44,487 nt of DNA from a virus: the IMG/VR virus record IMGVR_UViG_3300029593_000013; one strand, given 5' to 3'. The notes under the pieces were generated by a model. That model did not search any database. It had not been told where the DNA came from and worked only from the letters and a program-made list of their open reading frames with translations. The position numbers were made by a program, and so were the translations under genes. How positions within the stretch are numbered: the first letter of the stretch is position 1; each line of letters starts with the position of its first letter. Positions 7,027 to 16,152 of the stretch are shown piece after piece.

Positions 7027-7113
7027 CATATCAAAAACGCAAACGGGAGACAACCCATAAAAACGGAAAACATGGCGGAGGGAACCGCCTGACCAAACGC
7101 AGGAGGAGAAAAC

Positions 7114-7692
7114 ATGAAAATCGACACGTCCAAAATTGAAGGTTACGCAGAAATGACCCCTGAGCAGAAGCTGGCCGCTTTGGAGGGCTTCGAGTATGAG
7201 GACCACGCAGCCGAACTGGAAAAGCAGAAGGCGGCGGTGTCCAAGGCAAATTCCGATGCCGCAGAGTGGAAGCGGAAGCACAACGCCCTTCTCACCGATG
7301 AGCAGCGGAAGCAGCAGGAGCAGGCTGACAAGCTGGAATCCATGGAAAAGGAGCTGGCTGGGCTTCGCAAGGAGAAGACCGTTTCCGAGTACAAGGCAAA
7401 GCTGGTGGCCCAGGGCTATGATGAAGCCCTTGCGAATGAAACCGCTGCGGCCATGGAATCCGGCGATATGACCACGGTTTTCACCAACAACCAGAAGTTT
7501 TTGACGGACTACGCCAAGCGTGTTGTCGCCGAAAAGCTGAAGGGGACCCCCAGAGGCGCAGACGGCGGGACCGGTGGTGTCGGCATGGATTACTCCAAGA
7601 AAATCACAGAGGCCCAGGGCAGCGGTGATTATGCTGCCGCTGCGTATTACACCCGCCTCAAGGCAGAGGCAGAAGCATCCAATAACAAGTAA
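7114..7692 (+). CDS. capsid scaffolding protein
   Basis: 192 aa, charged, coiled-coil-like and Ala/Glu/Lys-rich. It lies immediately upstream of the major capsid gene. Confidence 0.75.
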   Translation: MKIDTSKIEGYAEMTPEQKLAALEGFEYEDHAAELEKQKAAVSKANSDAAEWKRKHNALLTDEQRKQQEQADKLESMEKELAGLRKEKTVSEYKAKLVAQGYDEALANETAAAMESGDMTTVFTNNQKFLTDYAKRVVAEKLKGTPRGADGGTGGVGMDYSKKITEAQGSGDYAAAAYYTRLKAEAEASNNK

Positions 7693-7709
7693 AGGAGACT
7701 GATAAACCT

Positions 7710-8729
7710 ATGGCAATTGCAACCAGTTTCGGCGTACTGAACTACTCCGGGATGTTGTTCAACAAGGGCAACACCCGCTGCCCGCTGAGTTCCATCATCG
7801 GCGGCAGAGCAAAGACGACCAATCACGTTGAGTTTGTGACCGGTCAGGAGTACACCACCGCAGGCGGTGAACAGCCCGCCATTTCCGAAACAGCATCTCT
7901 GACAGCCCCTGAGGCGACCGTTGTCACCCGGACCCAGAAGACCAACGTCACCCAGATTTTCCATGAATCTGTTGGCGTGTCCTATGCCAAACAGTCCAAC
8001 ATGGGCACCCTGAGCGGTATTAACATCGCCAACCAGCAGGAAAACCCCATGAACGAACTGGATTTCCAGGTGGCGGCAAAGATGCAGAAGGTGAACCGGG
8101 ACATTGAGTTTACCTTTGTGCAGGGCACCTACAACAAGGCCACCACCGATGCCACCGTCAACAAGACCCGTGGCCTGACCGAGGCCATCGAGAGCAACGT
8201 CGTTGCTATGGCCAGCAAGCCTCTTGGCCTGTGGAACATCGCTGACGGCGTGAAGAAGGTCTATGAGGCAAACGCTCCGCAGGACGGCCTCGTTCTGTGG
8301 TGCGATGCTACCACCATGTTCCAGATCAACGCCGACGCTGTGCAGAACGGCCTGACCGTTATCCCTGCCGCCCGTGAGATCAACGGCATCAAACTGTCCA
8401 GCGTTGTGACCCCTCTGGGCGTTGTCTACCTGTATCTGGGCGAGTTCCTGCCCAAGGGTACGGCTCTGCTGCTGAACCTGGACGTTATCTCCCCGGTGTA
8501 TCAGCCGGTCCCTGGAAAGGGCAACTTCTTCCTGGAGCAGCTGGCAAAGACCGGCGCAGGTGAGCAGTACCAGTTGTTCGGCCAGATTGGCCTGGACCAC
8601 GGCCCCGAATGGTATCATGCCAAGTTCACCGGCATTGCCCAGACCTTCACGGCTCCCACATACAGCCGGAGCGTGTATATCGCCAACGACGCAAAGAACC
8701 CCGTGAATACCAAGGCCGTAACCGGCTAA
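7710..8729 (+). CDS. major capsid protein
   Basis: 339 aa, placed after the scaffold gene. Strong antisense shadow ORF, as expected for a highly expressed GC-rich gene. Confidence 0.85.
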   Translation: MAIATSFGVLNYSGMLFNKGNTRCPLSSIIGGRAKTTNHVEFVTGQEYTTAGGEQPAISETASLTAPEATVVTRTQKTNVTQIFHESVGVSYAKQSNMGTLSGINIANQQENPMNELDFQVAAKMQKVNRDIEFTFVQGTYNKATTDATVNKTRGLTEAIESNVVAMASKPLGLWNIADGVKKVYEANAPQDGLVLWCDATTMFQINADAVQNGLTVIPAAREINGIKLSSVVTPLGVVYLYLGEFLPKGTALLLNLDVISPVYQPVPGKGNFFLEQLAKTGAGEQYQLFGQIGLDHGPEWYHAKFTGIAQTFTAPTYSRSVYIANDAKNPVNTKAVTG

Positions 8730-8749
8730 ATTGAAAGGAGGCGGAAATC

Positions 8750-9073
8750 ATGCCGGAAGAAGAAAAAATCTCCATGGTGAAAGCCATGGCGGGTGAATCG
8801 GATACCGCCGTGGTTTCCGCCTACCTTGCTTTGGCCGGTCACAAAATCTGCCGCAAGGCATATCCGTTTGACCCGACGCAGAACATTGTCCCGGACCAGT
8901 ACGCCATGACACAGGTGGAAATCGCTGTTTACCTGCTGAACAAGCGGGGAGCGGAAGGGGAATCCGCCCACTCCGAGAATGGCGTTTCCCGGACATATGA
9001 GAACGGAGATGTTCCAGCCTCTATGCTTCGGGGGATTGTGCCGACGGTCGGTGTGTTTGAGGCAACAACATGA
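8750..9073 (+). CDS. head-tail connector (gp6/gp15-like) protein
   Basis: 107 aa, AAAGGAGG RBS. Assigned from its position after the capsid gene and from sequence resembling the Phage_connect_1 type. Confidence 0.7.
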   Translation: MPEEEKISMVKAMAGESDTAVVSAYLALAGHKICRKAYPFDPTQNIVPDQYAMTQVEIAVYLLNKRGAEGESAHSENGVSRTYENGDVPASMLRGIVPTVGVFEATT

Positions 9074-9447
9074 AAATCATGGAACGCAACAAGCGGCCAC
9101 TCTGGTATCTGCTGTATGACCACAAGGCCCCTGCGGTAGACGCAGAGGGGAATGAGACGGGTGAAGAAATCATCGTTTACAAGCCTGCTGTGGTGCTCAG
9201 GGCGAATGTTTCCCCCGCATCCGGGGCCTCTCAGGTGGAGCAGTTCGGAAACCTCGCCGGGTATGATAAGGTCATCGTAACGGACGATATGTCCTGCCCA
9301 ATTGACGAGAATACCGTTCTGTTCGTGGACAAAGAGCCGGAATACCGGGAAGCGGACGGAAAGCCCCTGTACGATTATATCGTCAAACGGGTGGCGAAGT
9401 CCCTGAACATCATTGCCTATGCCGTGACGAAGGTGAGCGTGTCGTGA
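9070..9447 (+). CDS. head closure / head-tail adaptor protein
   Basis: ATGA start/stop overlap with the upstream gene. Assigned by synteny. Confidence 0.6.
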   Translation: MKIMERNKRPLWYLLYDHKAPAVDAEGNETGEEIIVYKPAVVLRANVSPASGASQVEQFGNLAGYDKVIVTDDMSCPIDENTVLFVDKEPEYREADGKPLYDYIVKRVAKSLNIIAYAVTKVSVS

Positions 9448-9938
9448 GCCGAAAGAAAATCGTCGTTCCGCTGTCCGAATCCGGCATCCAGAAGATTCAG
9501 GATGAATTGATGTTTTACCGGAAATGGCAGGAGGAAAAGGCACGGGAATTGGCGGAGCGCCTGGCCGCTCTTGGCGCAACGGTGGCTTCTATTCGATTTT
9601 CCAGAGCCGTCTACACCGGAAAAAAGGACGTACATGTAACCGTAGAGGAGCTGCCGAACGGTTACAAGGTGAAAGCGGATGGTGAATCCGTTCTGTTCAT
9701 TGAGTTTGGGTCCGGCGTGACATACGGCTACGGCCACCCGGAGGCAGGGGAGTTCGGCATGGGGCCTGGTACATATCCTGACGGGAAAGGCCATTGGGAT
9801 GACCCGAAAGGATGGTATCTCCCCAAAAGTGCTGGTGGCGGGCATACCTTCGGTAATCCACCGGCCATGCCCATGTATGAGGCGAGAAAAGCCATTGAAC
9901 AGGAGCTGCCGAGAATCGTCAAGGAGGTATTTAGATGA
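9444..9938 (+). CDS. neck / tail-completion protein (HK97 gp10-position)
   Basis: GTG start overlapping the upstream stop. Assigned by synteny. Confidence 0.55.
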   Translation: MSRKKIVVPLSESGIQKIQDELMFYRKWQEEKARELAERLAALGATVASIRFSRAVYTGKKDVHVTVEELPNGYKVKADGESVLFIEFGSGVTYGYGHPEAGEFGMGPGTYPDGKGHWDDPKGWYLPKSAGGGHTFGNPPAMPMYEARKAIEQELPRIVKEVFR

Positions 9939-10336
9939 TTGACATTGAGAATCAGATATATACCCCCATTGCGGCGGCGCTTCGGGAGAAGTTCCCTGGG
10001 ATTTCCGTAAGCGGCGAGTATGTGAAGGCCCCTCCAAAGTTCCCGTATGTTAGTATTGTCGAACAGGACAATTACACGACGGCCAGCCGGTTGGACAGCA
10101 GCGACCGGGAACGGTATGCGACGATCCTGTACGAAGTGAACGTCTATTCGGACAAGGCCGGCGCAAAAAAATCTACCTGTCGGGAAATCCTTCGCTGCAT
10201 TGACGAAATGCTTTACCGGAAGAATTTCACCAGAATTTCCATGAACCCAGTTCCGAACATGGAAAATGCCACAATTTACCGACTGAATGCACGGTATCGA
10301 GCAGAAACTGACGGGGAAACAACATTTAGACGTTGA
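9935..10336 (+). CDS. tail completion / tail terminator-position protein
   Basis: ATGA overlap with the upstream gene. Assigned by synteny directly upstream of the tail tube gene. Confidence 0.55.
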   Translation: MIDIENQIYTPIAAALREKFPGISVSGEYVKAPPKFPYVSIVEQDNYTTASRLDSSDRERYATILYEVNVYSDKAGAKKSTCREILRCIDEMLYRKNFTRISMNPVPNMENATIYRLNARYRAETDGETTFRR

Positions 10337-10374
10337 ATAACGCAAAACATTCCGCAAGGGCGGAATGAAAGCCG

Positions 10375-10410
10375 ATGGGCTGTTTCGTAAAGAAACGGCC
10401 CATTTTATTT
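10375..10410 (+). terminator. rho-independent terminator, preceded by a second hairpin at 10348-10367
   Basis: Stem atgggctgtttc / gaaacggcccat followed by tttattt. It shares the 15-mer AGCCGATGGGCTGTT with the terminator at 6009. Confidence 0.7.
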
Positions 10411-10462
10411 TACAAGAAAGGATTGATGACTTATCGCTATCTCTACTTATCGCGTTTTCCTC

Positions 10463-10867
10463 ATGAAGAAGAAGGACGTAGGAACCGATTATGAAAAGCT
10501 CATCGACATCAAGGAGTTTCCCGATCTTGGCGGTGATCCTGAGATGCTTGAGACAACCACCCTGTCCGACAAGATGCAGACCTACATCGCCGGTATCCAG
10601 TCCCTGGATGCGCTTTCCTTTACGGCGAACTACACCCTGGCGGACTACAAGAAGCTGCTGGCCTTGGAAGGCAAGACAACCAGTTTCGCTGTCTGGTTCG
10701 GCGGCACCGGCGAGGCGGACACCCTGACCCCCACCGGTTCTGATGGCAAGTTCAAGTTCGACGGGCAGCTGACCGCCTATCCCACCGGCGGCGGCGTGAA
10801 TGAGGTCGTTGACCTGAACATTTCCATTGCCCCGTCCACACCCATCACTTTGGATGCTACGGAGTAA
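10463..10867 (+). CDS. major tail (tube) protein
   Basis: 134 aa, assigned from its position before the chaperone pair. There is no obvious SD, and no alternative in-frame start exists upstream because a TGA lies at 10427. Confidence 0.7.
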   Translation: MKKKDVGTDYEKLIDIKEFPDLGGDPEMLETTTLSDKMQTYIAGIQSLDALSFTANYTLADYKKLLALEGKTTSFAVWFGGTGEADTLTPTGSDGKFKFDGQLTAYPTGGGVNEVVDLNISIAPSTPITLDATE

Positions 10868-10904
10868 ACACACGGCGAAATGCCGAATTTAGGAGGTTTT
10901 AGCG

Positions 10905-11237
10905 ATGGCTAAAAGAATCAGAATCCCCAGCGGGGACAAAAAGTATGTGCTGGAGTACACCCGAAAGACTGCATCCGTGATGGAGCGCAGCGGCTTCAAT
11001 CTGGACGAGCTGACTGACAAGCCGAACACCATGATTCCCATGCTGTTCCGGGGCGCTTTCCTGGCGAACCACAAGGACACAAAGGAAAGCACCATCGAAA
11101 AGATTTACGATGGGCTGACCCGTAAGACGGCGCTTATCAATGAACTCATTGATATGTACCGGGCTACCAGTGAGACGCTGCTTGACGATACTCCCCTTGA
11201 AGACGAGGGAAACCCCGACTGGGAGACGGAGGAGTAA
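10905..11237 (+). CDS. tail assembly chaperone (gpG-like)
   Basis: 110 aa with an acidic C-terminus, placed between the tube and tape-measure genes. RBS AGGAGG. Confidence 0.8.
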   Translation: MAKRIRIPSGDKKYVLEYTRKTASVMERSGFNLDELTDKPNTMIPMLFRGAFLANHKDTKESTIEKIYDGLTRKTALINELIDMYRATSETLLDDTPLEDEGNPDWETEE

Positions 11238-11698
11238 GCAATCTGCTTCCCGAAAATGAAGGGGGTGGGGATTCCCCCACTCCCTTTTTCGCTTACACAC
11301 GGGCCTTTGAAAAGGCATTCCCTTATTACCTCGCAATCGGCATGACCTATGAACAGTTCTGGGAACAGGATGTTGATTTGGTCAAGTATTACCGGCAGGC
11401 GTGGAAATTGAAGCAGGAGGCCAAGAATCAGGACCTCTGGCTTATGGGCGCTTACGTTTACGAAGCGATTCTGAATGCGTCCCCGGTTCTCCACGATTTT
11501 GTGAAAAAGGGAACAAAACCGATTCCGTACCGGGATGCCCCGTACCCGATCTATAAAAAGCCGGAGGAAGAAAAGCCGAAAGCAATTGAGCGGGCAGAAC
11601 GGAAATCGGACAAGAAAGCACAGACAATGATGGAGATTTTTATGGTCTCCTTCAACAGGCGTTTTGAAAAGAAGGGCGGTGAAGAAAACGGCAGATAA
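10905..11698 (+). CDS. tail assembly chaperone frameshift product (gpGT-like fusion, -1 shift at 11213)
   Basis: ORF 11342..11698 lies in the -1 frame relative to 10905..11237. That frame is open upstream of its ATG and encodes sensible sequence (..FFAYTRAFEKAFPYYLAIGMTYEQFW..). Confidence 0.6.
11207..11213 (+). promoter_or_regulatory. -1 programmed ribosomal frameshift slippery heptamer G_GGA_AAC
   Basis: The zero-frame codons are gaG GGA AAC. The -1 frame is open from 11201 to 11698. Confidence 0.7.
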
Positions 11699-11705
11699 CG
11701 TAGAA

Positions 11706-14700
11706 ATGCAGGGCATTGAGTTCCAGATTATTAACGACAGTGACGAGGCAGCGAAGGGCCTTGAACGGCTTGAACGTGCGCTGTCGAATCTGAAAATCAA
11801 TGTAAAAGAAGGCGCTTCTTCTCTCTCCCAAATTGGAAACGGCATTTCAAAGCTGCGACAGTCCCTGAAAGACATCGACCCGACCGGGATTGGGGACAAA
11901 CTGAAATCTCTTTCCACTGCGGTAAATAACCTAAAAATCGACCGTTCTGCTACCATTTCGTCCTCTTTGCCGAAGAACATCACGGCGCTCAACAAGGCAG
12001 CCTTGGCAGCCGACCCAGCCAAAATCACCAGCATCGGCACGTCGCTGCAAACCATTGCCGACGTCGGTAATTCGGCGAAAATCTCCGCCGCTCTCCCGAA
12101 AAACCTTGAGGATTTGAGCGTTGCGCTTTCCTATATTGACCCTTCTGCGGCCTCCATTCTGCGAGACATCGGAGACGGACTGAAACCGCTTTCTGAGTTG
12201 GGGACAGCGCACCTGACCTCCTACATCAATCAGCTGGGGAAATTCCCGAAGCTGATCGAGGACCTGGGAAAGCTGGATATTGCCAAATTTTCAGACGAGA
12301 TGCGGGACCTTGCCGAGGCCATGAAGCCGTTCGCAGACGAAATGGCGAAGGTTTCTTCCGGATTTGCGGCGTTCCCCAGCCGAATCCAGAGGCTGATTAC
12401 CACCACGGAGCAGTACAACGGGACGGTTAAAAGGGCAACGAGCAACACAAACAGCTTTGGTTCCGCCCTGAAAAAGGTTAGCATTGCCGTCATCATAAAA
12501 AAGGTTGGATCGCTCATCGGCAAAGCAATGGAAAAGGCATCCCAATATCAGGAAGTCCTGAACCTGTTTACGGTCTCCATGGGTGAATATGCTAAAGAGG
12601 CGTATGAATACGCACAGACTGTTTCGGATGCAATGGGCATTGACCCTGCCGAATGGATGGAAAATCAGGGCGTTTTCAACACCATCATCACGGGCTTCGG
12701 CGTGGCCGGTGAAAAAGCGGCCTATATGTCCAAGAACCTGACCCAGCTGAGCTATGACCTAGCCTCGTTCTACAACATCGGGTTCACGGAGGCCATGCAG
12801 AAGGTGCAGTCTGGTATCGCTGGCGAACTTGAACCGATGCGTCGCCTTGGCTACGATCTGTCCGTTGCCCGGTTGGAGCAGGAACGCTTGAACCTCGGTA
12901 TCGAGAAAAGCGTGTCTGACATGACCCAGGCGGAGAAGTCTCAGCTGCGTTATTACGCCATGATGACCCAGGTAACACAGGTACAGGGAGACATGGCCCG
13001 GACGCTGAACCAGCCTGCAAATATGCTTCGGATTTTGAGGGCCGAACTGGAACAGACTGCCCGTGCATTTGGCAATATCTTTATCCCCATTATGACCAAC
13101 ACCCTTCCGTGGCTGATCGCCGTGGCACAGGGCATCCGGGAAATTGTCGTTGAGATTGCACGGCTTTTCAACATTGAAATTGCTGAAGTCGATTGGGACA
13201 GCAGTTTTTCCACGGCAGCCGGAGCAACTGGTAAAATCGAGGACAACATGAGCGGAGCCGCAGGTGCGGCGAAAGACCTGAAACGTTACCTGGCCGGTTT
13301 TGACGAACTGAACGTTCTCCCGGATAAAACATCCGGTGGGAGCGGGGGCGGCGTTTCTGCGGGCGGTGGTGGCCTTGACATCCCGCTTTTGGGCTATGAC
13401 TTTCTTGGTGAGGAAATCAACAAGAAGGTCAGTGCAATCAAAGAAAAACTGGAACCGGTTATTTCCTGGATTAAGGATAACTTAGAGGGAATCAGAAATA
13501 CCGTCGTTGCAATTGGAGCGGCGTTTTTGGCATGGAAACTGGCCACATCAATTGTCTCCGGCGTTGGGAAAATTGCTGGTTTTTTGAAATCTCTTTCCGC
13601 ATCCGCAAGCGTTTTGTCTGGGCTTTCCGGGATTACATTTATAGCTGACTTGGCAGAATTTATGCGCTATTTCAATGATTTCTCTGCAAATGGCGCAAGT
13701 TTTTCCAACATAACCGGAATGTTCAGCGAACTTGCAGGGATGGCTGGAAGCGTTGCTGCCATGTCCGGGAACTTGAAGGTTGGCGGTGCCTTAAAGTTCA
13801 TTCAGGGTATAGGTGAACTTGTTATTGCATCCGAAAGCATCAAGGCGGACGGTTGGAATGTTGAAAATACAACTACAGCTATCCGTGGCCTCGGGAATGT
13901 CGTGATTGCAGTTGGCCTGATTCAGGGCGATTTAACAACAGTCGGAACAGGAATGGCCATGGCTGGACTGTCAACTGTAATCAGAGAAGTTGCGGATAAC
14001 TGGGAAGCAATCAAAGAAGGAGATTGGAGCGGGGTAGACAAAGTTCAGCTTGCAATCGGGGCTGTTGAAATGATTGCCGGATTTGTAACTGTGCTGATAA
14101 AGCTCAACAACATCAAGTCCAGTATCCCTGATATTACAGCTACGCAGGAAACAATGAGTTCGGTTGGAGGTGCTGCTGAGGCACTGAACACTGGGACCAG
14201 TGCGCTTACATCAAAGTTGAAAGACCTTGTTGTGAATATTGGTCTTGGTGTGGCGATAATCGCAGAGGTCTCCGCAGCGGCGATCATCTTTATTGGGGCA
14301 ATCGCCATCCTCGGATGGGAACTTGATAAGGTTCGGGAGGCATGGCAGCCGGTCATTGACAACGCCGGAACTGTTGCAATTTCCGTCGGAATCGGAACAG
14401 GAATCCTTGTAGGCGTTGGTGCAATCTGCTATGCGCTTGGCACCGTCGGAAAAGGAATTGCCCTCAATGTCGGCATCGGCACTGCAATTCTGGTTGAACT
14501 TGGCGTTGCTGCGGCAGTTTTTATCGCTGAAATTTGGGGAATTGGAAAGGGCCTTGACGAAATCGGAAAGGCATGGGAACCAGTCCTTAACAACGGCGAG
14601 AACATCGCAATATCTATAGGCATCGGCACAGGACTTTTGGTTGGTATTGGCGTAGTTACGGCGGCACTCGGTGCGGCGACAGTCGGAACGGCTGGACTTA

Positions 14701-15740
14701 TCCCCATTGCGGTTGGTCTCGGAACTGCGTTGCTCGTTGAGTTGGCGGCTGCATTTGTCCTGTTCTGCGATAGCCTTGTCAAAGTTGCAGATGAATTAAC
14801 CGATGAACTTGCACCAGCATTCGATAGATTGAACCCAAAGATTCCGGGGCTGATTGATGATACCGATGACTTTATAAAGCTCATGTCGGAGTTGGCAGGC
14901 GATATTTCCAGCTACAATGACAGCATGGCGAAAATGTCGTGGGATTCCATTGTAGATAAATTCCGGTCGTTTTTCGTGAAAAGCCCGATTAAGACGTTTG
15001 CATCCAGCGTGAAAACCATCTCGGACGATACATCCAATTTGAACAAGAAGTTGCAGAAAGCGAACGACGAACTTACAAGCGCAGTTGGCTTGCTGGGCAA
15101 TTACACGGCATTGATGGATAAAATGCGAGAATTAAGTTCCGGGAGCCAGAACATTGATTTGCCGGACGGAATTTACACAAACCTCAAAGCGGCTGGCTCC
15201 AAATTGGTAACAGGCTGGGCAGACGGGATGAAGGACAAAAAGTCCTACTTGAAAAGCACACTTTCGGATATTGCTTCAAGCGTTTTTGACAGTGATACCG
15301 CATATTCCACCGGCTATTCCTTCGGTCAGTCCCTGGCGAACGGCATCTCTCAGGCCATCAAGAACGCTACCTACCCGTCCCTGAAGGGGACCATGAGCAC
15401 ATCCGGCGGAACTGCGAGAATGTCGTTCAGCGCATACGCTTCCGGCGGTTTCCCGGACCCCGGCCAGTTTTTCCTTGCCCGTGAAAACGGTGTCCCGGAA
15501 ATGGTCGGCTCCATCGGACGCAGAACAGCCGTTGCCAACAACGACCAGATCGTTGAAGCCGTCAAAGCCGGTGTCTACGAAGCTGTTGTTGCGGCTACCG
15601 GCGGCGGGAACAACCAGAACGGCGGTCAGGCGCAGGTGGTGTCCGCCAATGTCAACGGAAAGAACCTGTTTGAGTTTGTGGTGGATTATGCCCGTGGCGA
15701 AACCGTTCGTACCGGTGCGAACCCCCTGCTGGAATTTTGA
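11706..15740 (+). CDS. tape measure protein
   Basis: About 1,345 aa with a coiled-coil N-terminal half and a Gly/Ala/Ile-rich hydrophobic repeat core. The start could instead be the TTG at 11664. Confidence 0.9.
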   Translation: MQGIEFQIINDSDEAAKGLERLERALSNLKINVKEGASSLSQIGNGISKLRQSLKDIDPTGIGDKLKSLSTAVNNLKIDRSATISSSLPKNITALNKAALAADPAKITSIGTSLQTIADVGNSAKISAALPKNLEDLSVALSYIDPSAASILRDIGDGLKPLSELGTAHLTSYINQLGKFPKLIEDLGKLDIAKFSDEMRDLAEAMKPFADEMAKVSSGFAAFPSRIQRLITTTEQYNGTVKRATSNTNSFGSALKKVSIAVIIKKVGSLIGKAMEKASQYQEVLNLFTVSMGEYAKEAYEYAQTVSDAMGIDPAEWMENQGVFNTIITGFGVAGEKAAYMSKNLTQLSYDLASFYNIGFTEAMQKVQSGIAGELEPMRRLGYDLSVARLEQERLNLGIEKSVSDMTQAEKSQLRYYAMMTQVTQVQGDMARTLNQPANMLRILRAELEQTARAFGNIFIPIMTNTLPWLIAVAQGIREIVVEIARLFNIEIAEVDWDSSFSTAAGATGKIEDNMSGAAGAAKDLKRYLAGFDELNVLPDKTSGGSGGGVSAGGGGLDIPLLGYDFLGEEINKKVSAIKEKLEPVISWIKDNLEGIRNTVVAIGAAFLAWKLATSIVSGVGKIAGFLKSLSASASVLSGLSGITFIADLAEFMRYFNDFSANGASFSNITGMFSELAGMAGSVAAMSGNLKVGGALKFIQGIGELVIASESIKADGWNVENTTTAIRGLGNVVIAVGLIQGDLTTVGTGMAMAGLSTVIREVADNWEAIKEGDWSGVDKVQLAIGAVEMIAGFVTVLIKLNNIKSSIPDITATQETMSSVGGAAEALNTGTSALTSKLKDLVVNIGLGVAIIAEVSAAAIIFIGAIAILGWELDKVREAWQPVIDNAGTVAISVGIGTGILVGVGAICYALGTVGKGIALNVGIGTAILVELGVAAAVFIAEIWGIGKGLDEIGKAWEPVLNNGENIAISIGIGTGLLVGIGVVTAALGAATVGTAGLIPIAVGLGTALLVELAAAFVLFCDSLVKVADELTDELAPAFDRLNPKIPGLIDDTDDFIKLMSELAGDISSYNDSMAKMSWDSIVDKFRSFFVKSPIKTFASSVKTISDDTSNLNKKLQKANDELTSAVGLLGNYTALMDKMRELSSGSQNIDLPDGIYTNLKAAGSKLVTGWADGMKDKKSYLKSTLSDIASSVFDSDTAYSTGYSFGQSLANGISQAIKNATYPSLKGTMSTSGGTARMSFSAYASGGFPDPGQFFLARENGVPEMVGSIGRRTAVANNDQIVEAVKAGVYEAVVAATGGGNNQNGGQAQVVSANVNGKNLFEFVVDYARGETVRTGANPLLEF

Positions 15741-15756
15741 CCGGAGGTGATGCGGA

Positions 15757-16137
15757 TTGACTATCAACAAATTTGACCCGCAGAACCGCTGGATGGTGGG
15801 CGACAAGCCCATCTACGAACCCAGCGGCGGGGTGTCCATCCAACACGAAAACATTGCCGGTTCCAGCAGCGGACGAACCGAAGACGGCGTTATCCATATC
15901 GACTGGGTGCGCCGGGACGTTCGGAAAGTCGGCCTGAAATGGAAGGCAATGACCGAGGCTGAACTGAACTATATTGTTGACCTGATGCAGGGCAAAGAAT
16001 ATCAGTTCACCTTCCTGGACCGTGGCAAAAAGTACACGATGGAGGCGTATTCCTCAAACTGCTCCTACACCATGTATTCCTACGCTCTGGGGAACACCAT
16101 CTACACCGACGTGAGCATCAACGTCATTGAAAAGTAA
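15757..16137 (+). CDS. small tail protein in the distal-tail (Dit) position
   Basis: TTG start 6 nt after GGAGGTGA. 126 aa, placed directly after the tape measure gene. Confidence 0.6.
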   Translation: MTINKFDPQNRWMVGDKPIYEPSGGVSIQHENIAGSSSGRTEDGVIHIDWVRRDVRKVGLKWKAMTEAELNYIVDLMQGKEYQFTFLDRGKKYTMEAYSSNCSYTMYSYALGNTIYTDVSINVIEK

Positions 16138-16152
16138 AAGGAGGCGGAATCA

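Noticed and set aside
10426-10494. 22-codon ORF starting at the ATG in GATTGATG upstream of the tail tube gene, considered as an N-terminal extension of the tube protein
   Set aside because: It is in a different frame from 10463..10867, and an in-frame TGA at 10427 blocks any extension. It is kept only as a possible uORF (see the terminator-plus-RBS module finding).
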